Part shown: positions 52,009 to 61,778 of the stretch, one piece after another
Layout of the letters: each line of letters starts with the position of its first letter
Numbering within the stretch: position 1 is the first letter of the stretch
Source: Candidatus Binatia bacterium
GTDB taxonomy: Bacteria; Desulfobacterota; Binatia; UBA9968; JAJDTQ01
Direction: 5' to 3'
NCBI GenBank assembly: GCA_963666515.2
Contig: OY762897.2
Span: forward strand, 1,952,001 to 2,016,000
DNA length: 64,000 bases
Translations under genes and position numbers: made by a program
The notes under the pieces: model-generated
Seen by the model: only the letters and a program-made list of their open reading frames with translations
What the model was told of the DNA's origin: nothing
Databases searched by the model: none

Positions 52009-52880
52009 CGCTCCAGCGCCTGCGCCACCGCCCGCTTCACCAGAACCGCGGCAAGACGCTGCTGGTAGGCCGTGGCGTCCGCGTGGGACGGCAGCGCCGC
52101 CACTGCGGACTCGGCCGTCCCGCCCGCCTCTTCCACCAACTCGGCTTGCGCCGAACTGTCCGTTCGGGAGACGACCGACTCCGCCACGATCCGCTCCACC
52201 GCGTCGAGACGAGAAGGCGTCCACGCCGGACCCGCCGCCACCACCCGCGCCCCGGTCACGGTTCCGTCGCCTTCCAGCACCGCCGCGGCCTCCGCCAGGG
52301 CGAAATCGCCGTGACGCCGGCTGAACTCAACGAAGCTCGCGGCCAGCGGCACCGGCGCCGCAGGAACCCGCACCTCCACCAGAATCTCGCCGGGCGACAG
52401 CGCAGTCTCGTACGGGGCCATGAAGAACTCACCGGCCGCGATGACTCGCTCGCCCCCCGGGCCGGCCGCCACCAACTCGGCTTCGAGGGCCGTCATCACG
52501 CAAGGCAACTCCGCCACCGGGTCGGCGTGGGCCAAGCTGCCGCCGATGGTGCCGCGGTTTCGGATGGCGGGATGTCCCACCTGCGCCAATGCCTCGACGA
52601 GGAGCGGACAACGCTCCACCAGGAGCGCCGAAAACTCCGCCTCCCGCTGGCGGGTCATGGCGCCAATGCAAAGACGGCCGCCTTCGTCGCGGATGTAGGA
52701 CAAACCCTCCACCTGATTGATGTCCACCAGCACATCAGGATATGCGAGCCGCAGGTTCAGCAGCGGCACTAAGCTTTGGCCGCCAGCGAGCACCCGCGCC
52801 TCTCCCGGTGCATCCCGCAGTAGGTCCAACGCTTCGGCCAGGGACCGTGGCGTATGGTAACGGAACGGTGGTGGTTTCAT
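51993..52880 (-). CDS. FAD-binding medium subunit
   Basis: Motifs MKPPPFRYH.P, LAGGQSLVP, IRNRGTIGGSLAHADP and RRHGDFAL. Confidence 0.93.
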   Translation of the reverse strand: MKPPPFRYHTPRSLAEALDLLRDAPGEARVLAGGQSLVPLLNLRLAYPDVLVDINQVEGLSYIRDEGGRLCIGAMTRQREAEFSALLVERCPLLVEALAQVGHPAIRNRGTIGGSLAHADPVAELPCVMTALEAELVAAGPGGERVIAAGEFFMAPYETALSPGEILVEVRVPAAPVPLAASFVEFSRRHGDFALAEAAAVLEGDGTVTGARVVAAGPAWTPSRLDAVERIVAESVVSRTDSSAQAELVEEAGGTAESAVAALPSHADATAYQQRLAAVLVKRAVAQALERWSRN

Positions 52881-52979
52881 AGCGGGAAATTCGTGTCCTG
52901 GAGCGGAAATGCAGAAGGAATCGCCTGTACCGTAGCGGTTCGCCACGACGCCCGTCAAGCGATCTGCCAGCGCACCACC

Positions 52980-53543
52980 TCACTCTTTCATGGAAGCCCA
53001 CAGTCTCTCGACACCCTTGACAAACACTTGAAAGCTGTGTGAGCGATTCTCCCGTGACAGGCAGTTGGCCATGCGACGGGCACCCTGCCTCTTCTGGAAT
53101 TCTGGAACTAGCCGGGCGAGGGCTTTGGACGGCTGAACGACACCATCAGGGTCTTGATATCGCCTTTTGTTCAGTTCGCGTAGCGCGCCTTGTCGGGCTT
53201 CGGGATATGCTCTCCCGAGTGCTCCCACATCGCCCAGGTACCACGCCTCGAGTTCGCGGCACACAATACGGACAAGCACATCGGTTCGTCCAGCTTCTTC
53301 ACACAACCGCACGAGAGCATTCTTCACTTGGCGACAGTCCGCACTATTCCGATCCCGCATCACGACGAAACGGACATCCGGTTCTCGCCACGCACGGATC
53401 TTTTTGGGGACGCTAAGAGTCAAGTCCTGCTTCCCGTCATGAGGCACACATTGGAATTGCAATCCAGGAATGAGTCGTGGCAGAAGCCCTTCAAGCAAAT
53501 CCGCCATCGAGGGTTCTTCAACAAGAAAAACTATCTTCATCAT
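52980..53543 (-). CDS. DUF4276-like (TOPRIM-like) protein
   Basis: Motifs IVFLVEEPSM, HDGKQDL, FVVMRD.NSADC, RIVCRELEAWYLGD and NRSHSF. Coupled to the upstream ATPase. Confidence 0.78.
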   Translation of the reverse strand: MMKIVFLVEEPSMADLLEGLLPRLIPGLQFQCVPHDGKQDLTLSVPKKIRAWREPDVRFVVMRDRNSADCRQVKNALVRLCEEAGRTDVLVRIVCRELEAWYLGDVGALGRAYPEARQGALRELNKRRYQDPDGVVQPSKALARLVPEFQKRQGARRMANCLSRENRSHSFQVFVKGVERLWASMKE

Positions 53544-54718
53544 CCCGGATCGGCGCCCTCGAACAACCGCTGTTTCCAGAGGCTCCCTGGGCGGTCTCCT
53601 TCAGTCACCAAACTACGCAATAGCTCGTCGTCGCTCGCGCGTCTGACGGTACAAAACCCTCCGGACTTTTTCAGCCAATAAATCTCGCTGATTTCAGCAC
53701 CGCTCAGAAAGTCAGGCGAGTGAGTCGATACGAACACTTGACCGCCCCTTAGCGCATAGGCCCTAAATTCCTCAATGAGCTCGTCAAGCAATGACGGGTA
53801 CAACTGATTTTCGGGTTCTTCTACGGCGAGAAGCGAGTGTGGCTTTGGATCGTGGAGCAACACCAGGTAAGTGAACATCTTGATCGTGCCATCGGAGACA
53901 TAGCGGGCCACGAACGGGTCCTGAAAGCTTCCGTCTTGGAACCGAAGCACCAGACGCCCGTCCTCGGTAGGCTTGGCTTCCACATTTGTAACGCCGGGAA
54001 CGCGATGGCGCATGGCGTCAAGCATGCGGTTGAACTGTTCCGGGTGGTTCTCGAAAAGAAATTGTGCAACCTGTGCGACATTGTCTCCACGTGGCGAGAG
54101 GTGTTCAGCGTAACCAGCGTCGGCACTGGGCCGGGCATCGGCGATGTGAAAGTTGGAAATGTGCCAGCTCTCGATCAGACTGCGGAATTCGGAGACAACC
54201 CGGAACTCGCGGAACTGCCCCAAGCCCTTGATCGCCAGGATGCTTGGGTCGTCCAGTTCATATTCCTCTCGCTTTTCGACCGCACCCTCCTCGCCGTACA
54301 CGGACTCGTTCGTTATCGCCTCACCTTTGCCACGCGAGAAATTCACGAAATTCCAAGGCCGGCCAGCACCCCGGCCGCGTCTGTACCGCAATACTTCCCG
54401 ATCCACGACCACGCGGCCTTCTTCACTGGACACCTCCAGTATGTACGTCGCTAAACGTCCACCGCTCTCCCTGAACTTTACCGTAATCCCGACCGGTCCC
54501 TTTTCTCCCCGGCTGACCAACTCCTTGAACCCGCCACGACGGGCCACGGCAGACGTAGCGTTGCTCGCCAATGCTTCCTTCAAGAACGAAAACACGTCGA
54601 ATAGCGTGGACTTCCCCGTCCCGTTGGCTCCAATAATGACACTCATAGGAGGCAGCCTGGTGAGCTTCACGTCTCGGAAGACACGGTAGTTTTTGATTTC
54701 GATCTGTTCAATCTGCAT
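53540..54718 (-). CDS. AAA_21/ABC-type ATPase
   Basis: I.IKNYR.F start, Walker A GANGTGKS, signature-like SDGT, Walker B LLAVEEPEN and H-loop STHS. Confidence 0.9.
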   Translation of the reverse strand: MQIEQIEIKNYRVFRDVKLTRLPPMSVIIGANGTGKSTLFDVFSFLKEALASNATSAVARRGGFKELVSRGEKGPVGITVKFRESGGRLATYILEVSSEEGRVVVDREVLRYRRGRGAGRPWNFVNFSRGKGEAITNESVYGEEGAVEKREEYELDDPSILAIKGLGQFREFRVVSEFRSLIESWHISNFHIADARPSADAGYAEHLSPRGDNVAQVAQFLFENHPEQFNRMLDAMRHRVPGVTNVEAKPTEDGRLVLRFQDGSFQDPFVARYVSDGTIKMFTYLVLLHDPKPHSLLAVEEPENQLYPSLLDELIEEFRAYALRGGQVFVSTHSPDFLSGAEISEIYWLKKSGGFCTVRRASDDELLRSLVTEGDRPGSLWKQRLFEGADPG

Positions 54719-54956
54719 GAGTCACGCCTTCCTGAACACTCGCGCTCCTGCGAGGAGGGGGGATGCCGGAGAACTGTCCCCTCTGACGTTGAAAATAGCT
54801 AGAAAGGGCGTCGCCGGTCAATCAGCAACCTTGTATCTGAGAGACGGAGGGTCGGTTGTGTCGTCGGGTCGTGGGGGGTGGGGCGATGGAAACGAAAGGC
54901 CAACCGTTGCCGCTCATTTGCCTATCCTGGCCGTATCCGTTACAGGGGGAGGCTTC

Positions 54957-55820
54957 ATGCGCCCCGAAATCGTTCCGTTTCTCTCCGCCATGGGCTGGGC
55001 CGTGGACTCGATCCTGGTGCGCAAGGGCGCGCGCACGTCGAGCGTTCTCAGCGCCGCCTTCCTTAGCTACGTGGTGACCACCATCCTGATGTGGTCCTAC
55101 GTGGCGATCAACTTCCCGCTGTCCATCGTCCGCTCCCCCGCGGCTTTCTATTTCATGGCCAGCGGCACGCTCCAGCCGCTGCTGGCCCGGATCTTCCTCT
55201 ACATCGGCATCGACCGCTTGGGGGTCGCCCGTGCCATGCCGCTGCGCGGCACCGGACCGATCTTCTCCGTGGCCATCGCCGTGTTCTTCCTCCAGGAACG
55301 CCCGGTGATCCCGGTCTACCTCGGGGCTCTGTTCATCGTCGCCGGAGGATGGCTGGTGCTCTACCGCAAGGGCGCGGCCGGCTCCGACTGGCGACTCCTG
55401 GACGCGATCTATCCCCTTCTGGCGGCATTGCTGGCGGGGGTCTCGCAGAATTTCCGCAAGGCCGGCCTGCTCATCCTGCCCAACCCGTTCGTGGCCGGCG
55501 CGGTGACCACCGGGACCTCCCTCACCATCTTCGTGCTCTACCTCTGGATCAAGCGGCAGTTCTCGGTGGTGATCCCGAGCCGGGAGAGCCTGCCCTACTT
55601 CGGGCCTACGGCCTTCGTCTCGGCGATCTCGCAACTCCTGGTCTTCACCTCGCTGAATTTGGGCGACGTGTCGGTGATGATACCGTTGCTCAACACCACC
55701 CCGCTCTTCTCGCTTCTCTTCAGCGCCATCTTCCTGAGGGACCTGGAGAAGGTCACGGTACACATCGTCCTGGGCGCGCTGTCCCTGCTGGGCGGGGCTT
55801 TGCTCATCACCGCCCGATAG
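54957..55820 (+). CDS. DMT/EamA family transporter
   Basis: About 10 TM helices; GIDRLGVARA.PL, LGDVSV..PL.NT.PLF and FL.DLEKVT. GGAGG SD. Confidence 0.88.
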   Translation: MRPEIVPFLSAMGWAVDSILVRKGARTSSVLSAAFLSYVVTTILMWSYVAINFPLSIVRSPAAFYFMASGTLQPLLARIFLYIGIDRLGVARAMPLRGTGPIFSVAIAVFFLQERPVIPVYLGALFIVAGGWLVLYRKGAAGSDWRLLDAIYPLLAALLAGVSQNFRKAGLLILPNPFVAGAVTTGTSLTIFVLYLWIKRQFSVVIPSRESLPYFGPTAFVSAISQLLVFTSLNLGDVSVMIPLLNTTPLFSLLFSAIFLRDLEKVTVHIVLGALSLLGGALLITAR

Positions 55821-55871
55821 GAAGGTGTCCGGCCGCGCGTTCAAGGCGACCGGCCCGTCAGGACATGCGGG

Positions 55872-56840
55872 TCAGTCCACCCGGTTCCGCCGCTCGTCGC
55901 GCCGGAACGCCTGGATGTTCTCGAACACCTCGTCCATCAGCCGCTGGCGCGCCTCCCGCGCGGCCCAGGCGCAGTGAGGAGTGATCAGGAGGTTGTCCAG
56001 CCGGGCCGCCGCCTCCATCATCGGATGGCCCTCGTCCGGGGGCTCCTGGGAGATGACGTCCAGGGCTGCGCCGGCAATCCAGCCCTGCTCCAGCGCCTCG
56101 ATCAGCGCCGCTTCCTCCACCAGGCCGCCGCGCGCGGTGTTCACCAGGTAGGCCGTGGGCTTCATCAACGACAGGGTGTGCGGGTTGATGAACCTTTCGG
56201 TCAGAGGCGTCAGCGGGCAGTGCAGGCTCACGAAGTCGGCCTGCCGCAGCAATTCCTCCACCGGCATCCTCCCCGGCTGCGGCCGGTCTTCGCCCACGCG
56301 GCCGGCCACGATCACCTTGACGCCGAAGACCCGCGCCATCTCCGCCACCTTGCGGCCGATGTCGCCGTAACCGACGATGCCGAGCACCCGCCCCTGCAGC
56401 TCGAAGCTCGGGTAGTCGTGGCGCGTGAAGATGGTGCTCTCCTGCCAGTGGCCCATGCGCGTCCCTTGGGCGTAGCGGGCAGCCTGGGTGGCCAGCTCCA
56501 GGATAAGCGCCAGGGTGTACTGCGCCACCGCGGCGGTGGCGTAGCCCGGCACGTTGCACACGGCGATGCCGCGTTCCCTGGCGCAGGCGATGTCGACGTT
56601 GTCCGTGCCCGTGGCCCCGACCGCGATGAGCTGGAGCTTCCCGGCGGAGGGATGCTCCAGCCGCGGCCGGTCCAGCACGAACTTGTTGATCACCACGGAC
56701 TGGCAGCCCTCGACCCGCGCGGGCAGCTCGTCCGCGTCCGTCAGCTCGTGCACCTCGCATCCGCCGGCTTCCTCGAACCTGTCGAGTGAGATGACCCCGA
56801 ACGTCGCCGCGTCCAGAAACGCCGTGCGGAACTCGCTCAC
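55872..56840 (-). CDS. D-2-hydroxyacid dehydrogenase (glycerate/hydroxypyruvate reductase-like)
   Basis: Motifs ATGTDNVD, NVPGYAT, LGIVGYGDIG, SLHCPLT, VNTARGGLV and ITPH.AW. GTG start after AGGAG. Confidence 0.93.
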   Translation of the reverse strand: MSEFRTAFLDAATFGVISLDRFEEAGGCEVHELTDADELPARVEGCQSVVINKFVLDRPRLEHPSAGKLQLIAVGATGTDNVDIACARERGIAVCNVPGYATAAVAQYTLALILELATQAARYAQGTRMGHWQESTIFTRHDYPSFELQGRVLGIVGYGDIGRKVAEMARVFGVKVIVAGRVGEDRPQPGRMPVEELLRQADFVSLHCPLTPLTERFINPHTLSLMKPTAYLVNTARGGLVEEAALIEALEQGWIAGAALDVISQEPPDEGHPMMEAAARLDNLLITPHCAWAAREARQRLMDEVFENIQAFRRDERRNRVD

Positions 56841-56842
56841 GG

Positions 56843-57355
56843 CTACTCCTTCCCTCCGGGGCCGGTCTCGTCCTGGTAGTACGGCACCTCGGTGCCCTTC
56901 TTGTAGATGCCCCGGAACGGCTTTTGTTCCGACGCCCCCGGACCGGCGTACACGCCGACCTTGCCGGAGTCCGGGTAGTGGACGATGTCGGGGTACTGCA
57001 TGGTGCTCACGCACAGGTAGCGCAGGTCCGCCTCGGACGTGTTGATGAGCTGATGGGTCATGTCCACGCCGCCCGGGCAGGCGATGAACATCCCACCGCG
57101 CACCGCCACCTCCTCGTCCCCGAACCGCAGCGTCCCCTCACCCTCCAGGATGTAGATCAGCTCCTCGTTGAGGGTGTGGACGTGAATCGGGAACGCGGTC
57201 TTGCCCGGCGGAACCCTGAACATCCCGTAACCGAGCTTCTGCGCGCCCACGGCGAGGCCGACGCGCTGCCGGGTGCCGCCGAAGGACGTTCCCTCCGGAG
57301 CCGGAATGGACTCCTCCGGGACGTCGGAAATATGGACGATATGCTTGTGGCTCAT
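56843..57355 (-). CDS. Cupin domain protein
   Basis: Motifs VPPGK.AFP.HVH..NEE..YILEGEG, HQL.N and YPDSGK. Confidence 0.9.
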   Translation of the reverse strand: MSHKHIVHISDVPEESIPAPEGTSFGGTRQRVGLAVGAQKLGYGMFRVPPGKTAFPIHVHTLNEELIYILEGEGTLRFGDEEVAVRGGMFIACPGGVDMTHQLINTSEADLRYLCVSTMQYPDIVHYPDSGKVGVYAGPGASEQKPFRGIYKKGTEVPYYQDETGPGGKE

Positions 57356-57458
57356 CGGTGCTCCTCCCTGACGTTGATTCTCAAACGATTTGCGGCTGCG
57401 GGTCAGGCGCCATATCGGGCCGGTTTCGTTCGAGGCGCGGCGTTGCTACGTTCCCGCC

Positions 57459-58079
57459 ATGAGCCTGCTGCTGGCGTACGCGATGGGCTTCTCGGTGGCC
57501 TCCATGCCGGGACCCATCCTGGCGCTCATCACCACCGAGACGCTCCGCAGGGGCGCGTGGCCGGGCGCGCAGACGGCGCTGGCGCCCATGTGCGTGGACG
57601 CCTGCGTCATGCTGCCGCTGGTGATGGTGCTCCAGTCCTCCATCCCGTCGGGCGCCGGCGCCCTGGTCATCGGGCTTGCCGGCGGCGCGTTCCTGTTCTG
57701 GCTCGGGCTCCAGTCCTTCCGCGCCGGATCGGCGCCCGTGGCGCCGGGCGGCCGGTGCGGCTCACGACGGCTTCCGCCCTTCCTCAAGAGTGTGCTGACC
57801 CAGCTCATGAACCCCTATGCCTACATCTTCTGGGGAACCGTGGGCTTCGCGTTCGTGCGCGAAGGGTTCGAGGCCCGCGGCCTGCAAGGGGCCGTGTCGT
57901 TCCCCGCGGGTTTCTGGCTCGGCGCCGGCACCATGAACTTCCTGGTGGTGTATCTCGTGAGCCGCGGCCGGCGCTACCTGCCAGCCCGCGCGGAGCCCTG
58001 GGTGCATGTGTTCTCGGGCGTCCTTTTGATCGCGGCGGGCGGCTTCCTCGTCTGGGCGGTATACAGGGATCACTTGTGA
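57459..58079 (+). CDS. LysE family translocator
   Basis: Motifs PGP....I..ETLRRG...G, GG.FL.WLG and NPY.Y.FW. Confidence 0.85.
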   Translation: MSLLLAYAMGFSVASMPGPILALITTETLRRGAWPGAQTALAPMCVDACVMLPLVMVLQSSIPSGAGALVIGLAGGAFLFWLGLQSFRAGSAPVAPGGRCGSRRLPPFLKSVLTQLMNPYAYIFWGTVGFAFVREGFEARGLQGAVSFPAGFWLGAGTMNFLVVYLVSRGRRYLPARAEPWVHVFSGVLLIAAGGFLVWAVYRDHL

Positions 58080-58870
58080 GACTTGGCCTGCTCCCACAGC
58101 GCATCCATCTCCTCGAAGGACGCCTCGTCCACGGTCTTGCCGCGGGCCGCAAGCTCCTGCTCGATGTGGGCGAAGCGCTTGTGAAAGCGCGCGATGGCGC
58201 CTTCCAGCGCCTCTTCCGCCTGCACCTTCAGGAACCGGCTCAGGTTGACCACCGAGAACAGGAGATCTCCGAGTTCCGCCTCCATTCGATCCGCTTCGCC
58301 CGTACCCGCCGCCTCCCTCAACTCATCCAGCTCCTCCTCGACCTTGCCCCACACGGGCTCCACGTCCGGCCAGTCGAAACCCACGCCCGCGGCCTTGTCG
58401 CCGATGCGCTGGGCGCGCGCCAGCGCAGGCATGGCCCGGGGCACCGAGGTAAAGATGGAATGCCCCTGCGCGCCGCCGGAAGGCTTCTCCAATGCCTTGA
58501 TCTTCTCCCAGTTCCGCAGCACCGCTCCCGAGTCCGTGGCCTGCTCATCGCCGAAGACGTGGGGATGGCGCCGCACGAGCTTGTCCCGCAGGCCGGTCAT
58601 CACATCCTCGATGGCGAAGCGCCGGTCCTCACCGGCCATCTGGGCATGGAACAGCACCTGCAGCAGCACGTCGCCCAGTTCCTCCCGCATGGCCCCGTCG
58701 TCGCCCTCGTCGATGGCCTCCAGCAGCTCGTAGGTCTCCTCCAGCGCATAGCGCTTGAGGGAGGCATGGGTCTGCTCCCGGTCCCACGGACAGCCGCCCT
58801 CGCCGCGCAGGCGCGCCATGACGCCCACCAGCTCCTCGAACAACTCTCCCGTGCTCTTGCCGTCGCTCAC
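58070..58870 (-). CDS. mazG: Nucleoside triphosphate pyrophosphohydrolase MazG
   Basis: Motifs RLR..GGCPWDREQTH.SL, EETYE, EELGD.LLQV.FH, RRHPHVFG, GFDW and ELGDLLF. Confidence 0.97.
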   Translation of the reverse strand: MSDGKSTGELFEELVGVMARLRGEGGCPWDREQTHASLKRYALEETYELLEAIDEGDDGAMREELGDVLLQVLFHAQMAGEDRRFAIEDVMTGLRDKLVRRHPHVFGDEQATDSGAVLRNWEKIKALEKPSGGAQGHSIFTSVPRAMPALARAQRIGDKAAGVGFDWPDVEPVWGKVEEELDELREAAGTGEADRMEAELGDLLFSVVNLSRFLKVQAEEALEGAIARFHKRFAHIEQELAARGKTVDEASFEEMDALWEQAKSHK

Positions 58871-58879
58871 GGGGGCCGT

Positions 58880-59269
58880 CTAGTCCTGTCGGGGCGCGCC
58901 GACCCATCCGGTGTCGGACACGTCGATCTCCTGCTCGTCGGGACCGGTGACCTTGACCTCGAAGTAGGACTGGGGATGGGACGGATCCGTGGGGTTGATC
59001 CGCGCCATGTCCGTGAGCTGTCCGCCGCCCAGCTCGGTCACCCGCTCCACCGCCTTTTCCAGATCGTCCACCTGGAAGCCGAAGTGCTCCACGCCCGCGG
59101 GCGACGTGGGCGTCCTCAGGTTGAGGATCGCCATGTTGATGTGGCCGTCCGAGAGGTAGACGCCGCTGCGCCCCTTGCCTACCTCCTGGAGGTCGAACGC
59201 CTCCTTGTAGAACGCCGCCGTCTTGGCCACGTCCCGGGTCCTTATTGCAATGTGCTTGAGTCGCGCCAT
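58880..59269 (-). CDS. VOC/glyoxalase family protein
   Basis: Motifs LKHIAIRT.D, FY..AF.L and HFGFQVDD. Confidence 0.88.
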   Translation of the reverse strand: MARLKHIAIRTRDVAKTAAFYKEAFDLQEVGKGRSGVYLSDGHINMAILNLRTPTSPAGVEHFGFQVDDLEKAVERVTELGGGQLTDMARINPTDPSHPQSYFEVKVTGPDEQEIDVSDTGWVGAPRQD

Positions 59270-59395
59270 GTCACCCTCCCATAAGCAGGATTGTTGCATC
59301 ACACTCTATAGCAAAACCGGCCAAGTTTCATTCATTCCCATCCCCGCTGGCGTTGTCGCTCACAAATGGGACGACGAACAGCTAGACTTCACCTC

Positions 59396-60628
59396 ATGAG
59401 CTTCGGCCGCGCCGGCTTGTCCATCTCCGTGTTCTGGTTCACCTTCTTCGGGGCGCTGGGCATCTTCTTCCCCTACTACAGCCTTTACCTCAAGGAGAAC
59501 GCCGGCCTGAGCGGGACCCAGCTCGGCATGATCCTCTCGGTCATGCCGCTGGTGGGCATTGTCGCCCAGCCCTTCTGGGGGCAGGTGGCGGACCGGACCG
59601 GCGCCCGAAGCCGCGTCGTCGCGTTCCTCTCCATGGTGGCCGCCGCGGGCTTCGTGCTGCTGGGGCTGGCCCCGGGGTTCGTCCTCATTCTCCTGGCCGC
59701 CATATTCCTGGCCTTCTTCTCCACCCCGATCATTCCCCTTTCGGTGTCGGTGGCACTGGCGGCGTTCCGGCACTCCGGGCCCCATGCTTACGGCTTCGCC
59801 CGTTCCTGGGGCACCGTGGGCTTCCTGGGCTCGGTGCTGATCTTCCCGGTAGCGCTGGACGGCGTGCAGCAATGGCGGGGGCTCAGCCCGGCGCCGGGCG
59901 GCCCCTCGGAACCGGGCCTGGGGGTCATGTTCCTGGGCACCGCCGCCGTCGTGCTGCTGGCATCGGCCCTCGCCCTCGCCCTCCCCAGGGAAGGCATCGT
60001 GTCGCTCAGGGCGGCGCGGGGCGAGTGGCGCACGCTGCTGCGCAGCGGCCCCATGCGCCGATTGCTCTTCTTTTCCTTCAGCGCCTACCTCTTCGTCACC
60101 GGCCCCATGGGGCTCCTGCCGGTGTACGTGCGCGCTCAGGGCGGCACCCTGGAAACGGTGCAGACCATGTGGATCCTGATGCTCATCGTCGAGATCCCGC
60201 TGATCCTGTGCACCGGCATGGGACTCAAGCGCATCGGCGCCCGGGGGCTGCTGGCCGCGGGAGTGCTGGCCGGCGGCGTGCGCTGGACGGTGTGCGGGCT
60301 CACCGCCAACCCCTACTGGATCTATCCCGTGCAGATGCTTCACGGAGTGATGGTGACCGGACTGATGATGGGAGGACCGCTCTACGTGGACCGGGTGGCG
60401 CCGGGGCGGCTGCGGTCCACCGCCCAAGGGCTGGTGGCCATGGTGGGGCTCGGACTCGGCGGCATCGCCTCCAACACCGCGGCAGGTTGGATTCTGGATC
60501 ACGCCGGCGCCAACGCGCCCTACCTCATTGGCGGTGCCGGCGCGCTGGTGGTGGGCTTGGCGATTCGCTGGGTCCTGCCTGCGGTAGAGCACGAGGGCGA
60601 AGCGCGGGAGGGTGCCGGCGGCGACTAG
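59396..60628 (+). CDS. MFS transporter (LacY/nucleoside:H+ symporter-like)
   Basis: About 12 TM helices; PY.SLYL, WG..ADRTG, YG..R.WGT.GF and R.TAQGL. The start could also be 59366. Confidence 0.9.
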   Translation: MSFGRAGLSISVFWFTFFGALGIFFPYYSLYLKENAGLSGTQLGMILSVMPLVGIVAQPFWGQVADRTGARSRVVAFLSMVAAAGFVLLGLAPGFVLILLAAIFLAFFSTPIIPLSVSVALAAFRHSGPHAYGFARSWGTVGFLGSVLIFPVALDGVQQWRGLSPAPGGPSEPGLGVMFLGTAAVVLLASALALALPREGIVSLRAARGEWRTLLRSGPMRRLLFFSFSAYLFVTGPMGLLPVYVRAQGGTLETVQTMWILMLIVEIPLILCTGMGLKRIGARGLLAAGVLAGGVRWTVCGLTANPYWIYPVQMLHGVMVTGLMMGGPLYVDRVAPGRLRSTAQGLVAMVGLGLGGIASNTAAGWILDHAGANAPYLIGGAGALVVGLAIRWVLPAVEHEGEAREGAGGD

Positions 60629-60632
60629 CGGA

Positions 60633-60655
60633 GGGCGACCGCCGATCGCCCCTAC
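60633..60655 (-). repeat. GTAG-type REP-like palindrome (divergent stem)
   Basis: Minus strand reads GTAGGGGCGATCGGCGGTCGCCC, between convergent genes. Confidence 0.65.
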
Positions 60656-60714
60656 CGGTGGATACGCCGGAGGGATGACGATTCGATACGGACCGTCCCT
60701 CCGAGGGGCGACCG

Positions 60715-61680
60715 TCAGTTCAGCTTCACCAGCTTCTGAAGACTGCGCATCTCCCGTGGCGGGTCCAGCCGCCGTCCCATGATGGTCCAGGATACCTCGG
60801 CCACGTAGAGGTTCCGGTTGGAGTCCAGGCAGATCCCGTGGGGCGCGATGAACTGGCCCGGCCCCTCGCCCATCACGGGATCCCCGAAGCGCCCCAGTTC
60901 GATGCCGTCGGCGTCGCGGATGACGATGCGGTGGCCGATATTGGGATAAGCGCCGTTCTGAGAGGTGCCGGGGCCGAGCTCGCCGATGTAGCAGACGGGC
61001 TTGGCGCCGTTGTCCAGGGTCTCCATGTAGAGCGCGCACGGGCGGTGCAGGTTGTCGCACCACTGGGTCTCGAAGCGGCCCTTACCGTCGAACACCTGGA
61101 TACGGTGGTTCTCCCGGTCGGCCACGTAGACCCAGCCATCGGCGTCAGTGCAAATGTTGTGCACCAAGTTGAACTGGCCCGGATCGGTGCCGGGCTCGCC
61201 CCAGGAGAACAGCAGCTTGCCGTCGGGCGAATACTTGTGCACCCGCGAGTTGCCGTAGCCGTCCGACACGTAGATGTCGCCCTGCGGCGAGAAAGCCACG
61301 TGGGTGCAGCGGTTGAAGGGATCCCCTTTCTGAAACTCTGCCGCCTTGCCCGGAACCCCGAGGGTCATCAGCACCTTGCCGTCCAGCGTGCACTTGCGCA
61401 CCGTGTGGTCGCCGTCATCGGTCAGGAAAATGATGCCGTCTTCCTGGCCCATGGTCACCCCGTGCGCCCGCGTGAACACCCCCTCGCCCCAGGTCCGCAG
61501 GAACCGCCCGTCCTTGTCGAACACGATCATCGGGTGCTCGCCGCGGGTGAAGCAGTAGACGTTGTCGTCCTTGTCCACGCCCACCCCGGCCACCTCCTTG
61601 AAGGTCATGCCGTCCGGCAGTTGCGCCCAGCCATCCTGAACCTCGTAGCGGAACGAGCCGCGCCCCAGTATCGTGCCCAT
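60715..61680 (-). CDS. NHL-repeat beta-propeller, peptidyl-alpha-hydroxyglycine amidating lyase-like
   Basis: Motifs WA.LP.G, RAHG, YVSDGYGNSRVHKYSPDGK, GQFNLVH and YVADRENHRIQVFD. Confidence 0.9.
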   Translation of the reverse strand: MGTILGRGSFRYEVQDGWAQLPDGMTFKEVAGVGVDKDDNVYCFTRGEHPMIVFDKDGRFLRTWGEGVFTRAHGVTMGQEDGIIFLTDDGDHTVRKCTLDGKVLMTLGVPGKAAEFQKGDPFNRCTHVAFSPQGDIYVSDGYGNSRVHKYSPDGKLLFSWGEPGTDPGQFNLVHNICTDADGWVYVADRENHRIQVFDGKGRFETQWCDNLHRPCALYMETLDNGAKPVCYIGELGPGTSQNGAYPNIGHRIVIRDADGIELGRFGDPVMGEGPGQFIAPHGICLDSNRNLYVAEVSWTIMGRRLDPPREMRSLQKLVKLN

Positions 61681-61778
61681 GTAACCTCCCTGTTTATTCG
61701 GCGTATTCGGAGATACAGAGATACACGTTCCGGCGTCTCTTCTCCTACAGGCCCACGAGTCCCCGGTGCCCCTCTACC

